Positions 49,010 through 62,084 of a stretch of DNA of 64,000 nucleotides are shown here, one piece after another. The notes beneath the pieces were generated by a model. That model did no database searches. It saw only the letters and a list, made by a program, of their open reading frames with translations, and had not been told where the DNA came from. How positions within the stretch are numbered: the first letter of the stretch is position 1; each line of letters starts with the position of its first letter. Location: the NCBI GenBank assembly GCA_001643675.2, contig LSRY02000053.1, positions 1 through 64,000 on the forward strand. Direction: 5' to 3'. Source of the stretch: Monocercomonoides exilis PA203 (Eukaryota; Protista; Preaxostyla). The position numbers were made by a program, and so were the translations under genes.

Positions 49010-52000
49010 CTCAAAAACTGTTTCTTCTTGCAGCTTCTCATCAATTCCATCCACGGCAATCTTCAGTCGCTTGTGAATGCACTCGCACTCATCGTGCTTG
49101 TCGGCCATTGCTTCTAGCAATATCTGCTGTTGAATGCACTTTCCTCTTTTCCGTCCATCCATAATCATCGAATCGCTCAGATCAACGTTGGATGGCATTC
49201 CATTATCACTGAACAGCTTCTGAAAGGAGAAAACTGCCATTAACAGAATGGAGATATTGATGCATTTGAATGAGTCTGCTGACAGATGCGAAGGTGAGAA
49301 GAAGAAGGAGAAGGAGAAGAAGGAGAAGGAGAAGAAGGAGAAGGAGAAGATGGGGAAAGAGTTATCAGGCTGTTTGACGGGTGAAGGATATTGAGGGAGA
49401 AGAGGGAAGGGATAATAGGAAAGGGAGGGAAAACAAGAGAATGATGAGAAAGGAAAAAGAAAAAGAAGAAATAAAAGATAAATAACGATCATAATAGGTA
49501 GTTTTATCAACTTCTTCTTCACCTTCACCTTCGTCTTCATCATCATCATCTTCTTCTCCTTTTTCTTTCTTTCTTTCTTTCTTTCAATGCTCTCACATAA
49601 TCTCATATAACTTCTTCTGCTTCTTCATCCTCTTCGTTTGTTTGAATTTCTTCATTTTTTTGCTTTTGAATCTAATATTTTAAGAGAAACATCGAAGAAG
49701 AAGGATATTTTCGAAGAAATGAAGTTCAAACAGAAATGAGATAAAAAGGAAAAAAAAGAAGAAATATGAATGAAGAGTGAGACGAGAAAGAAGTTCCTGA
49801 TTATCCAGTGTGTGATGAATGGAGATGTTATCTGGAAGGATTGAAGAGATTTTGTCGATGATAGGAAAGAAATTGATTGGATGAAACAAAGAAGAAGGGC
49901 ATTTCTGAAGAAATGAAAGAAGTACAAAATGAGAAGAAAATAAAAAAGTTTATGAGGAGAATGAGGATAAAGAGAATGACGAACTTGCTTTGACAGAATA
50001 TAATGAATGGAAATCGGATAGAAAGTGAATTGAAGAGATTTCAAAAGAAAAAAGTGTAAAATGGAAAAGATGAAAAGTTTGAAGAGAAAACGATGATGAA
50101 CCAGAACAGAGTGCGACAACAAAGCAAGAAGCAGTTTGTTGAATATCTGAATCATTCTATCAGTTACTACATTCATTGCCGCCTTTAAGCACAGATACGA
50201 AGAGCGAGGAAGGACTCTGATAGTCAGTGCTCCGGAGAACTCATCTGTGGTTGAAAATCCACTTATAAAAGCCAGGGGACGTGCAGTCTCCTTTCCAAAG
50301 CGATGCAACGTTGAGTCCTGCGGCGTCTGAGCAGATGAGGTTGCTGTGCATGGAGTGATTATTCTGTATGGAGCTGCTATTGTTGGCGAGTCTTAAGCTG
50401 TTGAAATGAATACAACTTCAAAGCTTGCCTAAAGAGATAGCAGTAAAGACGGAGTGCATCATGTTGAATGAACAACTTTTTGAACTTGATCTAGAAGAAA
50501 AAGAAAGATAGTGCTATCTGTTTCAATGGAGAGATTTGTTGCGATGAGATGCTCGAGGTGGAAGCTGGAGCCATCGTCAAACACGAGCACAGGCGATGAA
50601 AAATTGAGAGCGGAGAGGTTGTCGTGGTAGAGAAAGAGGGAATTATCGGAAAGTGCTTGAAGGGCACAGAAGGTGAGGTGGAGGGAATGGACAGATATGT
50701 TGGAGATGCAAAGGGTGACTCGGGAAGCACAAAGGATGGTGCAGTTGAGGCAGACAGGCTGGCCGGCTGCGGAAAAGAGGGAGGAGGACACAGCGAGGGA
50801 TCCGTCGAAAAAGGAGAAGAGGGAAGAGTGAGCAGATGCGAAGGAGGAGTGGAAGGAGAAGTGGCAGTGTGTGAGGATGCAGGTGTTGAGAAAGGCGACA
50901 ACAGCAGAGCGGTCTGAAGACAGATCAGAAGAAATGGGGATGGGGGTGGCGAAGTGCACAGGGACAAGACTCGCAGAGACAGACTCGACGCGGATGTCGG
51001 CAAGGGAGGTCGGGGCGTCGAAGGAGGAGGAGGAGCAGATCCAGAAAATGTTGCCGATGGAAGGGGCGATGTGGAGGACGGCTGTGGAGAGGGAGGCGCA
51101 GGGGGCAAGCTGGGAGCCGCACTGGCGGGCAGAGGAGCCGGTGTCCTGGTGGAAGAATATCTGGCGGACGCGGAAGAAGGTGATGAAAGGGAGGAGGTCG
51201 ACATCGAGGTCGGGGTCGGTGGGAGGAGTGGGAGGCGATGGAGTGGGTGAAGGAAGGGAGGTGAAGTGGTGGTTGAGAATGGAGAGGGGGGGGGGGGGGG
51301 GGGGGAGGGGGGCTGGCTGTGTCCAGCACGTATCCGCTGAGCTCGTCGAGGGTACTGAGGAAGAATCTGGTCATGGTCCACTTGAAATGGGCTGCATCAA
51401 CCACAGCCAACAGCATGATGGGTGACACAAACACCTTTCTGCCCTTCCACACATCGTATCTGGTAAACACCAAGCGCTCGAGGGTCAACTGTCTAATAGA
51501 GTCTGCCTCCCCCAAGAACACCCAGCTGCTCAATCCATGGGTCTGTGCCTCGCATCGCAGCCTCCTCTGGCTTCGCTGCGAATATTACACATTCCCAGCC
51601 TTCGCTCCCCTTCTCCCCACCCCCAATCACACACCCGCTGTACTCCACCATACTGCTGCTCCCAGTGCACTTGATCTGTGAAAACATTGTGCTCACCACT
51701 TCGCCCAGTGATTCTTCTTCGCACAGCACCAGCCTCTAAGAGCTGATAATTATCAGCCCGAAAAACATCCTCTCCACTTTCAAAAGTCACACTTGCATCC
51801 TCTATTAGAATTGAAACTGAACCAGTAAAGACTGTTGAAGAATTCAATGAAACTTATTCACATATCCGTCCAGCTTTCAAAGTGATTTTCGAAGAAGAAG
51901 AAATAGCACAGAGAAATATATTAAAAAAAATAGTTGAATGGAATGTTCGCTAAGCAACTGAGGCAATGAAAAAAAGAAGAGAAGAGGATGAAAAAGATGA

Positions 52001-52010
52001 GATCATAATA
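49010..52010 (-). pseudogene. Degenerate Ser/Pro-rich surface-protein-like family gene
   Basis: Frameshifted ORFs 51847-51530, 51729-51493, 51533-50925, 51381-50491 and 50308-49652; inverted paralogue of 62085-63500; poly-G run at 51286-51305. Confidence 0.6.
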
Positions 52011-52580
52011 TTTGTGGGCTTTAAAGTGAAAAAAGAAGATATTTTTGTATTTCTTTTTTATTTTTTATAATATTTTCTTTGTAATTTTTTTCGACAACTT
52101 TGATCAATTTGTCAAAATAATTTCTTTGAAGTATTATTCGCTTTTATAGAAAAATAAACAGCAAATATTTGTATGTCTGATAAATATCTTGTTATGCTAT
52201 CACATTTTCTATATGTGTTAATGTGAATTGTTTCATTTCAACAAAAGTTTTATGATCTTCTATTTCAATTTTTAAATATCTTTGCAATAACATCATAAAA
52301 CTTATTTCTATATAAAAAATTGATTTATTGAGTATTGAAACAATCATTGTCATGCTTTTCAAGCAAGATAACTTATGTTTTATTATGTTTATTGAATTTT
52401 CGATATTGATTTAAAATTATTTTTATTTCCAGATATTTGAAATGAAAACAATTTGTAATGAATAAAAAATCAACTTGTAAATAACAATAACTTTATATAA
52501 AGCTATATTTTCTTCTTATTTCAAAAAATTTTTTTCTTATCAACATCTCCCTTAATGAAATAATTTATAATCAAACATCG

Positions 52581-52767
52581 TAATTGGTGCAAAAATTTTG
52601 CTTTTATGAAAAAAACTAAAATTTGTTCCCATTTTTTCTTCCATCGTATCATAATAAGGATAACATTCCCAAGCAAAATAATGAAAAAAATAATGAAAAA
52701 TCGAATAAAATTTTTGAAAGGACTGTGTGGAACAAAATTCATGAAACGAAAAATTTTGTCCCAATTA
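52581..52767. mobile_element. ~185-bp MITE, family A, copy 3
   Basis: taattggtgcaaaaattttgc ... gtggaacaaaattcatgaaacgaaaaattttgtcccaatta. Confidence 0.55.
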
Positions 52768-53100
52768 TTTGCAGTAAACATTTTCGGTGAAAAAACTTTT
52801 GCTTCCTTGGTAATTGAAAATAACAAAATCATTTCAAAAAAAAAAATATTGAGTATTTCGAAATAAACCAAAATAATAGAAATGATTATTTATTTCACAA
52901 TTCATCCAAGGATAATTTATAAATAATTTCAATAATTTTTTCATGGCATGTGCTTGTGTGAGAAAATAAAAATTCGTTAATAACAATTGCCAAACATCTT
53001 ATCAGAATAAAAATTGATTGAAAATCCTCAAACTTCAATAAAAAAATTTTAAATAGTGTTTAGAATAACAGCGAGCGAACAAATCATAAAAATCGTCAAG

Positions 53101-53103
53101 AAA

Positions 53104-53135
<32 letters not shown>

Positions 53136-53335
53136 GAAGAGAAGAGAAGAGAAGAGAAGAGAAGAAAGAAGAAGAAAGAAGAAGAAAGAAGAAGAAAGAA
53201 GAAGAAAGAAGAAGAAAGAAGAAGAAAGAAGAAGAAAGAAGAAGAAAGAAGAAGAAAGAAGAAGAAAGAAGAAGAAAGAAGAAGAAAGAAGAAGAAAGAA
53301 GAAGAAAGAAGAAGAAAGAAGAAGAAAGAAGAAGA
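53101..53335. repeat. Compound purine tandem repeat: (AAAG)n, (AGAAG)n, (GAAGAAAGAA)~17
   Basis: Direct tandem repeats with period 4, then 5, then 10. Confidence 0.95.
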
Positions 53336-53432
53336 GGAACAATAGAAATCTCTATCTGAGAACAATTTGATGCCAATTAAATTAATTCATGAAATTTTAA
53401 TTTTATGCACCAAAAAAAGAAAATTCCATTAG

Positions 53433-55843
53433 TTATTTTAACTTTTCATTTTCTTCTTTCAATGAGCATTCTTTGAACTCTTCTAAATACCCTTTGCACT
53501 CGAACACTTCATACCAAACGAGAATGCTGTTATCAGCTGTTTCTGGAGCAAACTCAAGATCAAAATTTTCATCATATTTCAGTTCTAATTGTTTTCGATA
53601 TTTTGCGGAGGCTTCCATGTCTTCCATTGCGATAATAAACTTTGCAATGATCTTAAAATTCTCATTTGGCTGCAATATGAAAGATAAATCCTGTTTCCCA
53701 CTTTCCATTTTCGATTCGCTCAAAGACTTTGAAGATGTTGCCATTGCTTGTTTGCTCTCAGATACACTGAACGCTGATGGTGTTGCAGATGCGATGGAGT
53801 TGTTGAAGAAGAAGCTTCATTGTCAAAATTTGTTTCTTCTGCCTTTTCTCTTTTCGCTTCATTGATAGATGCCTCTGAAATAAAATTTTTTGCAAAATGA
53901 TACAACTTTCTAATAAAGTTCTCGTTTTCCTCCCATTTCTTGTCGCATTCCTCGCAAAATGCAGAATATGCCCTTAACTTTGATGATTTGCTTTTCCAAT
54001 TTTCTTCGACATTTTTCTATTTTTCTATTTTTTTCTTCTTCTCCCTTTTCTCCTTTTCCTTTTCTTGAATTTCATCTTCCTTTTCTTTGTTATTGATCAG
54101 TCTATCAATTACTTCTTCATAATTAAAAAATAGATTATTTATATATTCGTTTTTTTGCTTTTCACATAAATTCATCTTGATCCTGCATTCCTTAATCTTC
54201 TGAACATTTGATGGGATATCTCTCATTGGAGCAGATAACTCAATCGTTCCTTTGCATACACTTGTTTCATTGTAGAACATTGAAGCTATATCGAACGTTG
54301 CATATCTCAAAATGTCATTTGCCACCCTGTGACCAGTTCTTGGTGCTCTAAATGTTCCTTGTAACTTTCCATCTTTGATGCACAGCTTGTCAGTCTCATC
54401 ATTGAATGTGTATTCGTTTCCGGGAATAAACTTAGCCATTGCTTTCGGAACATTGATTTTCTTGTAAATTCTGCACTCATTTGTCAAGAAACAACTGTGC
54501 TCGTAAAATATAATTGTTTCGTATATAATTGGTTCATCTTTATCAAGTTCGCTGATCATCTCTTGATATTTGCGCATTTCATCATCACATCTTTTAATTG
54601 CAACTTTTTCAGTTTTAACGTTGATTTTTAACAAGTCGATAGGCTGGAAATTCATTTTTCTAAAGGAGACATCAATTTCTAGCACGTCTACGTAAATATC
54701 TTTGCATAATTTGCTTGTTTCACTTGCAAGTATCTCACAGGTATTTGCAACGTCTTTCAAAATATTTGTAATTCGTTGCCTTCCTCTCATTGCTAATACC
54801 AACCAATAATACTTATTTGCCATTGTCGTGATTGAATCAATAAACGAGTTATAATATTTCGAGTTAAATTCAAGATTCACATCGCAAGGATCCCTGTAAT
54901 TATTCAAATCCTCAATCTTTTCAATAATTCGTTCAACAGAGCAAGCCAATGTTGGATCATAATAAAGCAGTCTGCCTTCAGTAATTGCCTTGTCCCACAG
55001 ATAGATGATTTGCATTTCTTTCAAACCAATTCTAACTTCTTCTGCTTCCTTTCCTGTCGCTCCTTTTTCTTTGCGCAAAAGTGTTTCAATAATTTGTTCA
55101 AGTGTCATATCTTTAGAAATCTCAGAAAACTTTTTGACAATTTTTCCGATTGTATCTTTTTCAAGTTTTCGAATTTTCTTAATCAAAAGATCTTGAGCTT
55201 CTTTTGTTATCATTTTTGCATCTTCATGAGTGTCTTCACTCTGATAGTTCTCTTTCATGTTTTTGAAATTTTTCTTTTGCATTATCTGGTACTCTTTGCA
55301 TTTGTTTGTGAGGAACAAAATTGGAATGTCCTTTTTATTGCATTTCTTGTTCAGTATTTCCATATCAGCATACGCCTTTGTCAAACTGCTGTAATTTTCA
55401 AATTCTGTGATATAAATAATCATCACTTTTGTGGCGTATTTGTGATGGAACTGCAAGATCAACGAACTGAGCACATCTTCAGCGATATCTATTTCTTCTC
55501 CTAAGAATCCACGCGTGTCTAGCAATGTAATTTTGTCATTAAGATCGTAGGCTTCAGGTAAAACAGTTTCGGCCTTTATTTCGTCTCCCATTTTGGCTGT
55601 TTTCTCCAATCTTGTTTTTGCAACAAGTTTTCCTTTTTCATCTTCTTCCATTTCCATTCCTCTCAGTCTGTTTATTAAGGGGCTTTTTCCAACCTGACAT
55701 TTCCCAAAGAAAAATACCAGATTTTCAAATTTTTCACATATGTTCCATCTCTCGTTAAATTCATCCATAATTTGAAACAAATCTTTCGTTTCAAAGACAA
55801 CTTTCCCATCGCGTTTTTTGCAATCTGCCATTTGATCGGCCAA
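53433..55843 (-). CDS. P-loop GTPase-like protein with a long helical/coiled-coil tail; main ORF 55843-54017, frameshifted continuation to 53433
   Basis: G1 FFGKCQVGKS, G2-like ET, G3 LLDTRGF, G4-like LTNKC. Coding-like sequence continues in other frames (53905-53720, 53744-53433). Confidence 0.65.
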
Positions 55844-56540
55844 GATTTCAACGTTTGTTTCCTTTCCTTTCCCATATTAAATCTGTTTATTCCACAGGTA
55901 AAAATGAGCAATAAAGTGTTTTCGTTTTGTTTTAAATCAATAAAATTATGAAAGAAAAAAATATGAAAAGAAAAAATATTAATTTGTTTCAAAAATAGTT
56001 TTTCCATACTAATTCTTGTCAGATGTTGTTGAAATTTATAGGAGATTGTGTGATTTATAAACCCGGATTTTTAAAAAAAGTCCGGGTTTATAGATTACGA
56101 TATATCTCATTTTTATCAAAAAATGCAATAGTTTTATCAAATATCATCATGCAAAAAAAAAACTTTAATTCTTTGATTTCATTCGCATATTCATGAACTT
56201 GAAACAAAGCCACAACCAAAACATAAAACTTTTAAATTTGAAATGAGCTGCAAACAATAATTAAAAACTTCAATTTTCCAACGAGAAGTTTTCAAGAAAA
56301 AAGCTAAAATCTGCATTTCTGAAAATGAAAGTCTGCAATGAAGAAGTTAAACAACAATGAGCACAATATAAATAATAATTACTGACAAATAGAATCCTAA
56401 AAATTTTAAAAAAAGATGGCGTAAAGCAAAACAACACTAAAAATACACCATTAACTTTGAAATTACCAAATCAAAATTATATTGAAGGAAAAAAAGGTTA
56501 AAAATTCTTTGTTTTGGGCAAGTTCCTTTTAAAATCCCAC

Positions 56541-58961
56541 TTATTCGATGCAATTCAACTTTTTCACAGAATACTCATTAAATCTGGCAAGATTTGCTCC
56601 GCTTTTGTCATTTCTGCGAACAGCCTTTTTCTCATCGACTAAAATTCCCTGGAAGTTCATTTCATCCAATTTAGCCCACTTCAATTGAATGCTCAGCTTC
56701 AGCAAATTTATGAAATCTTGTTCATAACATTGAACTCGCTTCCAATATTCTTTTTGATTGGAAACTATGATGATATTCTTGCGAATTTCATCTGCATTAA
56801 TCATGTATTCACATCCTTTCGCAAATTCCTCAATGTATTGGGGTGACAAGTTCAATTCGGGGAATTCTTTCTTAATATCGTTAGCTTTGGATTGCAAAAT
56901 TATTTCTTTTTTATCGGTCTCTTCCTTTTTATCGGATTCGTCTTTTTTGCTGTTCTCTTCTTTTTTGTCAGCTTCTTCTTTCTTCGAGGTGTCTTCTTTT
57001 TTGTCAGCTTCTTCTTTCTTCGTGATGTCTACTTTTTTGTCAGCTTCTTCCTTTTTGCTTGCTTCTTTTTTTTCTCCTCCTTTTTCATTCGTTCCTTCGT
57101 TCTTTGCAGGATTATCTTTTTTATCGGCGACATTTCGTTTTTTTGTTCCTATCCAACTTTGTATCTTTCTTTCAATCAATTGCGTGAGTGAACTTCCAAT
57201 TACAGTTAACAAGCCATTTGGCTTCACGCCGGCTGTTGGAACACCAGGACGGCTTGCTAAAATCCTCTGCCAATCGGCCTTCAGTACCAAAAATTCCTTT
57301 GCTTCATGTATCCCCCATTCCACGCATTCAGCGCCAAATTTTGCAATAGATCCAACCAAGTTAATTTGACTTAATACTAATTTCGAGAAATACTCTTCGG
57401 CAAAAGCTTCCATTTTCTCGGCATCTGATTCCATTTTATTTTGCTCTTTCTGTAATTTTTCGACCATATCTTTGTATGAGTCCGGATTCAATTTTTCTGC
57501 AATTTCTCTGATCTCCTGACTTGAAATTTTCTCATCCGGATAGGTTCTTGATATATTCTCGGCTTTTTTGTCAAAAGCTTCATTGACATTTTGCCGAAAA
57601 TGCAATGCATCAGTCTTTTCCAGAAAAATCATTTTGCGAAATGGATTGTCAGCAACAACTTTGCATTGGTGAATTTCAACCCCAAGTATTGGTTCTGTCT
57701 GCGAAACATATTTGATTTTGTATTCAATAACACATCTATTGATATCTTTTCGTAGATTGGACATAGCTTTCAGCTCCTCCATAGTTTTGCCTTGCCTGTA
57801 GTTTTCATATCCTTCTAATATGTGACTTATTCTGTTTATAAATAAGCAAAACACTCCATTAATCACAGGATATCTGATCGTTGGACTTAGCTCTGTTTCA
57901 ACTTTTTTGATGCATTCTTGCAATGTCGTAAGCTTGCTTTCCAAAGAAACGCTTGAGCAAACAATTGAATCGGCATTTTTAATGATATCATGAAGCAAAC
58001 TATTGCTATCCACTTTACTGACCGTAATGAAATTTTCTTTCTTATAGAATCTGAAAATGCACATTGGCTTGTCATAACCACATTCGCATCCATAATCTTC
58101 GATGGCTTTTCTTAAAAGTGAAATCGAACATGCGAGCATTTCTGACTGGAGGGCAACGTCTTCGTATTTCTTGAACTTTTTATCAAAATTTTCTATCAAT
58201 TTTTTATTTTCTCTTATTGCTTTAAATTGATAAAAAGGAATATAACATGTCCAAATAGGATTAAATTCAGGAATAATCTTTCTGTATGGTATGCGAAAGG
58301 AACGCTTACAGGCCTTGATGAAGTTATCACAGCTCTCTTCAGACCTCTTCCGTATTCTGTCAACATAAGCATTTCTGATATTTTCGTCGGTTTCCAAGTA
58401 ACGAATGCTTTTGTCAAGTAGTTTTTGTAATAATTGCATCATCGGTGCCAGAGAATCATTAAGCCCATAATATAACTCTCTGCCATCAATTTCTTCCTCA
58501 ACGCAAGGAATATAATCGTCTGCTGTCTCCCAAAAAGAAGAATTTGTCTCACAATCTTCAACTCCACCTGATAAGTCTTTTGGCCTTTTGAGTTCCAAAG
58601 AAATCCTCTGGAGCTTGTTGATGTCCTGTGGATAGTCATATAATATCTGTATTTTTCTAATCTCATTGAAGCAATCTTTCAATTCTTTGACAGACTGATT
58701 GTTGGTTGTTTCATCATTAATTCTCAAATTCTCGTCAATAAATTCTTCATAGCAGTCAATTTGTTGTATTAACTTATCAGTAATCAGTCCTTGTCCAATT
58801 TCTTCCATTATCAAATCAGCGATTTCCTGAATCTTTTTTTGATCATTTGGAGTTAAAAACGAAAATGTTTTTTGTATGCAGGAAATGGTATTATCTGCAA
58901 TTCGAAGTGGCAGGTGTAAATTTATTTCATGTGCTATTGAGCTCATTTGCGTAAAATTCAT
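56541..58961 (-). CDS. Hypothetical 806-aa helical protein with a KKEEADKKEDTS-type repeat, intronless
   Basis: Uninterrupted ORF from ATG to TAA; tandem charged repeats at ~56900-57070. Confidence 0.75.
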   Translation of the reverse strand: MNFTQMSSIAHEINLHLPLRIADNTISCIQKTFSFLTPNDQKKIQEIADLIMEEIGQGLITDKLIQQIDCYEEFIDENLRINDETTNNQSVKELKDCFNEIRKIQILYDYPQDINKLQRISLELKRPKDLSGGVEDCETNSSFWETADDYIPCVEEEIDGRELYYGLNDSLAPMMQLLQKLLDKSIRYLETDENIRNAYVDRIRKRSEESCDNFIKACKRSFRIPYRKIIPEFNPIWTCYIPFYQFKAIRENKKLIENFDKKFKKYEDVALQSEMLACSISLLRKAIEDYGCECGYDKPMCIFRFYKKENFITVSKVDSNSLLHDIIKNADSIVCSSVSLESKLTTLQECIKKVETELSPTIRYPVINGVFCLFINRISHILEGYENYRQGKTMEELKAMSNLRKDINRCVIEYKIKYVSQTEPILGVEIHQCKVVADNPFRKMIFLEKTDALHFRQNVNEAFDKKAENISRTYPDEKISSQEIREIAEKLNPDSYKDMVEKLQKEQNKMESDAEKMEAFAEEYFSKLVLSQINLVGSIAKFGAECVEWGIHEAKEFLVLKADWQRILASRPGVPTAGVKPNGLLTVIGSSLTQLIERKIQSWIGTKKRNVADKKDNPAKNEGTNEKGGEKKEASKKEEADKKVDITKKEEADKKEDTSKKEEADKKEENSKKDESDKKEETDKKEIILQSKANDIKKEFPELNLSPQYIEEFAKGCEYMINADEIRKNIIIVSNQKEYWKRVQCYEQDFINLLKLSIQLKWAKLDEMNFQGILVDEKKAVRRNDKSGANLARFNEYSVKKLNCIE

Positions 58962-59127
58962 AATCTAAACAATAGAATTGTTGTTTTCAAAATTAAAATA
59001 ACTTAAAAAAATTAACGCCCATAATAAAAATAATCAGATCACTGAATATATAATTTTTTTGGATTTATATTTTTCAATATGAAGTTTTGTTATTTTTAAG
59101 ATTCATCGCATTCCTTTAAAAATTCAT

Positions 59128-59180
59128 TAAGCCTCTGCGACAGACCGACATTTCAAGAGCTTCTCGACAAGACGACCAAC
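59128..59180 (+). mobile_element. Orphan hAT-like terminus
   Basis: taagcctctgcgacagaccgac...ctcgac..gacgac resembles the TIR (taaacctttgcgacaca) and CGAC subterminal repeats of 32990-39034. No partner end seen. Confidence 0.5.
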
Positions 59181-59379
59181 AAAACAGTTATTTAATTTTT
59201 TTTATATATTGAAAAAAATAAAAAACTAAAAAAAAAAATAATAAATAACATTACAAACTCTATGTTGCTATTTTATGTTTCAAAATTTATCTTATATCAT
59301 CTTGGTTTCTTTTAATGAACATGAAAAAAATTTTTTTCTTATGAAATTTTTTAAGAAATATGGGTGATTTTTTTTGATA

Positions 59380-61503
59380 CAGTCTGTCCAAAAAAAATGT
59401 AGATCATCCCTCAATATTAAAAAAAGAGATATTCCCACAATTTCTAGCTGAAATTACGAGAAAAATTCAATGCAAACAATTTCCTTTCTGGATGCGAGAA
59501 CACCAAACAAAAGGACATTATTGAGCAGCCAAGTTCCAGATATATCAGGATACAGAGTTGAATTCATCTCAACGCATTTTTCACATCCTTTGGAAGAAAT
59601 GATGCATGAAAATATTAGAATGAGAGCAGCTTTGAAAGAAAAGGAAGACAGAGAAAAAAAAATTGAACAATTCAGGCAGAAGGATACGGAGATTGAGGGA
59701 AAATGCAAAAGGCCATACACTCCAGCAACTGTCGAAAAAAGAAAAAAACTTACAGATTTATTCAGAATTTATGGAAGAAGCAAATCCGAAAGCTGGTATG
59801 CGAATGAATGTACCCTTACAAACATCACCACCAGCAGATATTTACAAAAACTGCAGATTGGAATAGATATTATTCACAATGAAAAACTAAAATGAAGGAA
59901 AAAAATAGTGAACAATGATCGTTACAAGAATCTCATAAGACAGAAAATGAAACAGAATCCATTAACCACACTTCGAACAATTTCACACGAGCTTTCTTCA
60001 ACTGGATTGCATATTTCAAAATCTTCTGTACACAATATGCTTCAAGAAAAAAACAATGATTCAGATTTATTTCCGATATTATCTTTTAAGTGAATTACTG
60101 TCAGGATAGAATACACCAACATAGAGGAAAATAGGAAGTGGAGAATTTATTTTATTGAACAATTATTTCAATGCGAGAAAGATGGCGCGCTTATTTTCCA
60201 CATCGATGAGACGTCATGGAACGTCAGTTGCATCAGGAAATACGGTTGGGCAGAAAAACGAGAAAAAGTATTGGTTCCTCCACCTCCACTTTTTCAATCT
60301 ATAACAGCTATTACATCTATATCCATGTTAGGAATGGGCTACACAGAAGTTATTAGAGGAACTGTCGAACATGAAGTGTTTGAAGCCTATATAAAGCGTT
60401 TTCTATTATCCATAAAAAAATTACAAATCGTCTGTGATCGTAATGGATAATGCAACAATCCATCACATTAATACGGACAGTCTTGTTAAAGAAGCTGGGC
60501 ATGTCGTTCTATTCAACGCTGCATATTCTCCAATTTTGAACCCAATCGAGAACATTTTTGGCATTTGGAAGTCAAGAGTTGAATCAAATACGTTAAAGTG
60601 GGAAGGGGGAGTCACACTTTTTCGCTGAAATGGCAAAAACTTTTGAAGAAATTTCTGCCAGAGAAGTCAGAAAAACCATCATGGATATCGAAACAAATAT
60701 ATGGCCACAGGTCATATCCCTGAAGGATCTGTAAAGCGAGTTTTCACTTTAATTTTTCCCCCATTTCATATGTTTGTTTTTGTTTCAAACGAAAAATTCG
60801 CTTTCTTATTACAATGATTTTTTTTGTTACTAAAACAAAGTTGGAAAAACACTTGTGTTTCTTATTTCTTCATTTGTTCGTTCATTATATTTTTGACATT
60901 TCTTTTTACAAAACAAATACAAATTAAAACAGAATATCTTTTTGTTTATTATTACAAAAAAAGAAAATCACATTATCCAATAGTTTTTCAAATTCTATTG
61001 AATGAGATGATCATTGAAATGAATATAATAGCTTTATGAAAAACAACTACAAACAATTCATCAACAACTTTTTTTTCAAACATGCTTGATTGATGAGAAA
61101 TATGTCATTGCATCGAAAATCAAAAAAATTATGTGACAAAATTTAAAAACAAACATGAACTTTTCAGCTTGTGAAGCAAAACATACACACTTTGTCAAAT
61201 TCTGTCACTTGTTTGTTTTAAAAAGAGATATTCACAAATAAACACTTTTCCATTGAATAAATTACTATTTGCTAAACAATTCCGTATTAAAATGAAAACA
61301 AATAAAAAAACAATGTTTAAATTACAAAAATAACACACCCTTGTGCTATTTTTGCTTCAGAGTTCATTTATTCATTGAAAATTCACGAATAAATTAAAAT
61401 AAAAAGTTTCCACAAGCGATGTGGGGAATATCATTTTTTTTTAATATTGAGGGATGATCTACATTTTTTTTTGGACAGATCAACATTTTTTTTGGACAGA
61501 CTG
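59380..61503 (+). mobile_element. Tc1/IS630-family DNA transposon, TA TSD
   Basis: TA-cagtctgtccaaaaaaaatgtagatcatccctcaatattaaaaaaa ... ttttttaatattgagggatgatctacatttttttttggacaga(+short duplication)ctg-TA. Confidence 0.9.
59599..60734 (+). pseudogene. Tc1/IS630 DDE transposase pseudogene (DD33E spacing)
   Basis: HTH region NPLTTLRTISHELSSTGLHISKSSVHNML, then FHIDETSW, VMDNATIH and YSPILNPIENIFG. In-frame TGA at 59893 and 60091; frameshifts near 60430 and 60620. Confidence 0.9.
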
Positions 61504-62084
61504 TATCATAAAAAATTCCGACGTTTGATCATAAAAAATTTTCATTAAGGGTGAGGTTGATAAGATTAATTTTATTTAAAATTGCATGAAAATATAGATC
61601 AATATATTATAATTATTAATTATTTGTTGATTTTAATTTGTTTCCAATTGTTTTTATTTCAAATATCGAGAAATAAAAATAATTTCTAAAAAAATATCGA
61701 AAATTCGATAAACACAACAAAACAAAAGTTCACTGGTTTATAAAACATAAAAACAATAATCACAATACGTAATCAATCAATGTCAAAAGCAAAAAACTGT
61801 TAAATAATGTTATTGCAAAGAAATTTTTAAATATATTTTGAAGATCTAAAAACATTTATTGTAAAGCGAATAATTTTCATTAACACATATAGAGAAATAT
61901 GATGGAAACACATAACATTTGTCGAATAATCTATTGTTCATTGTTAATAATTGTTTTTAAATTAATACTTCTTGAAATTAGTTATATGAATTAATTAATC
62001 AAAGCAATAGAAAAAAATTTCAGAGAAAGAATAAAAAAAGAAGAAATTCATTGAATTTTTTTTTACTAAAAAAGCCCACAACTA

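Noticed and set aside
53035-53376. Repetitive ORFs on both strands; CRISPR-like periodicity
   Set aside because: Simple purine tandem repeat with no spacers; the ORFs are artefacts.
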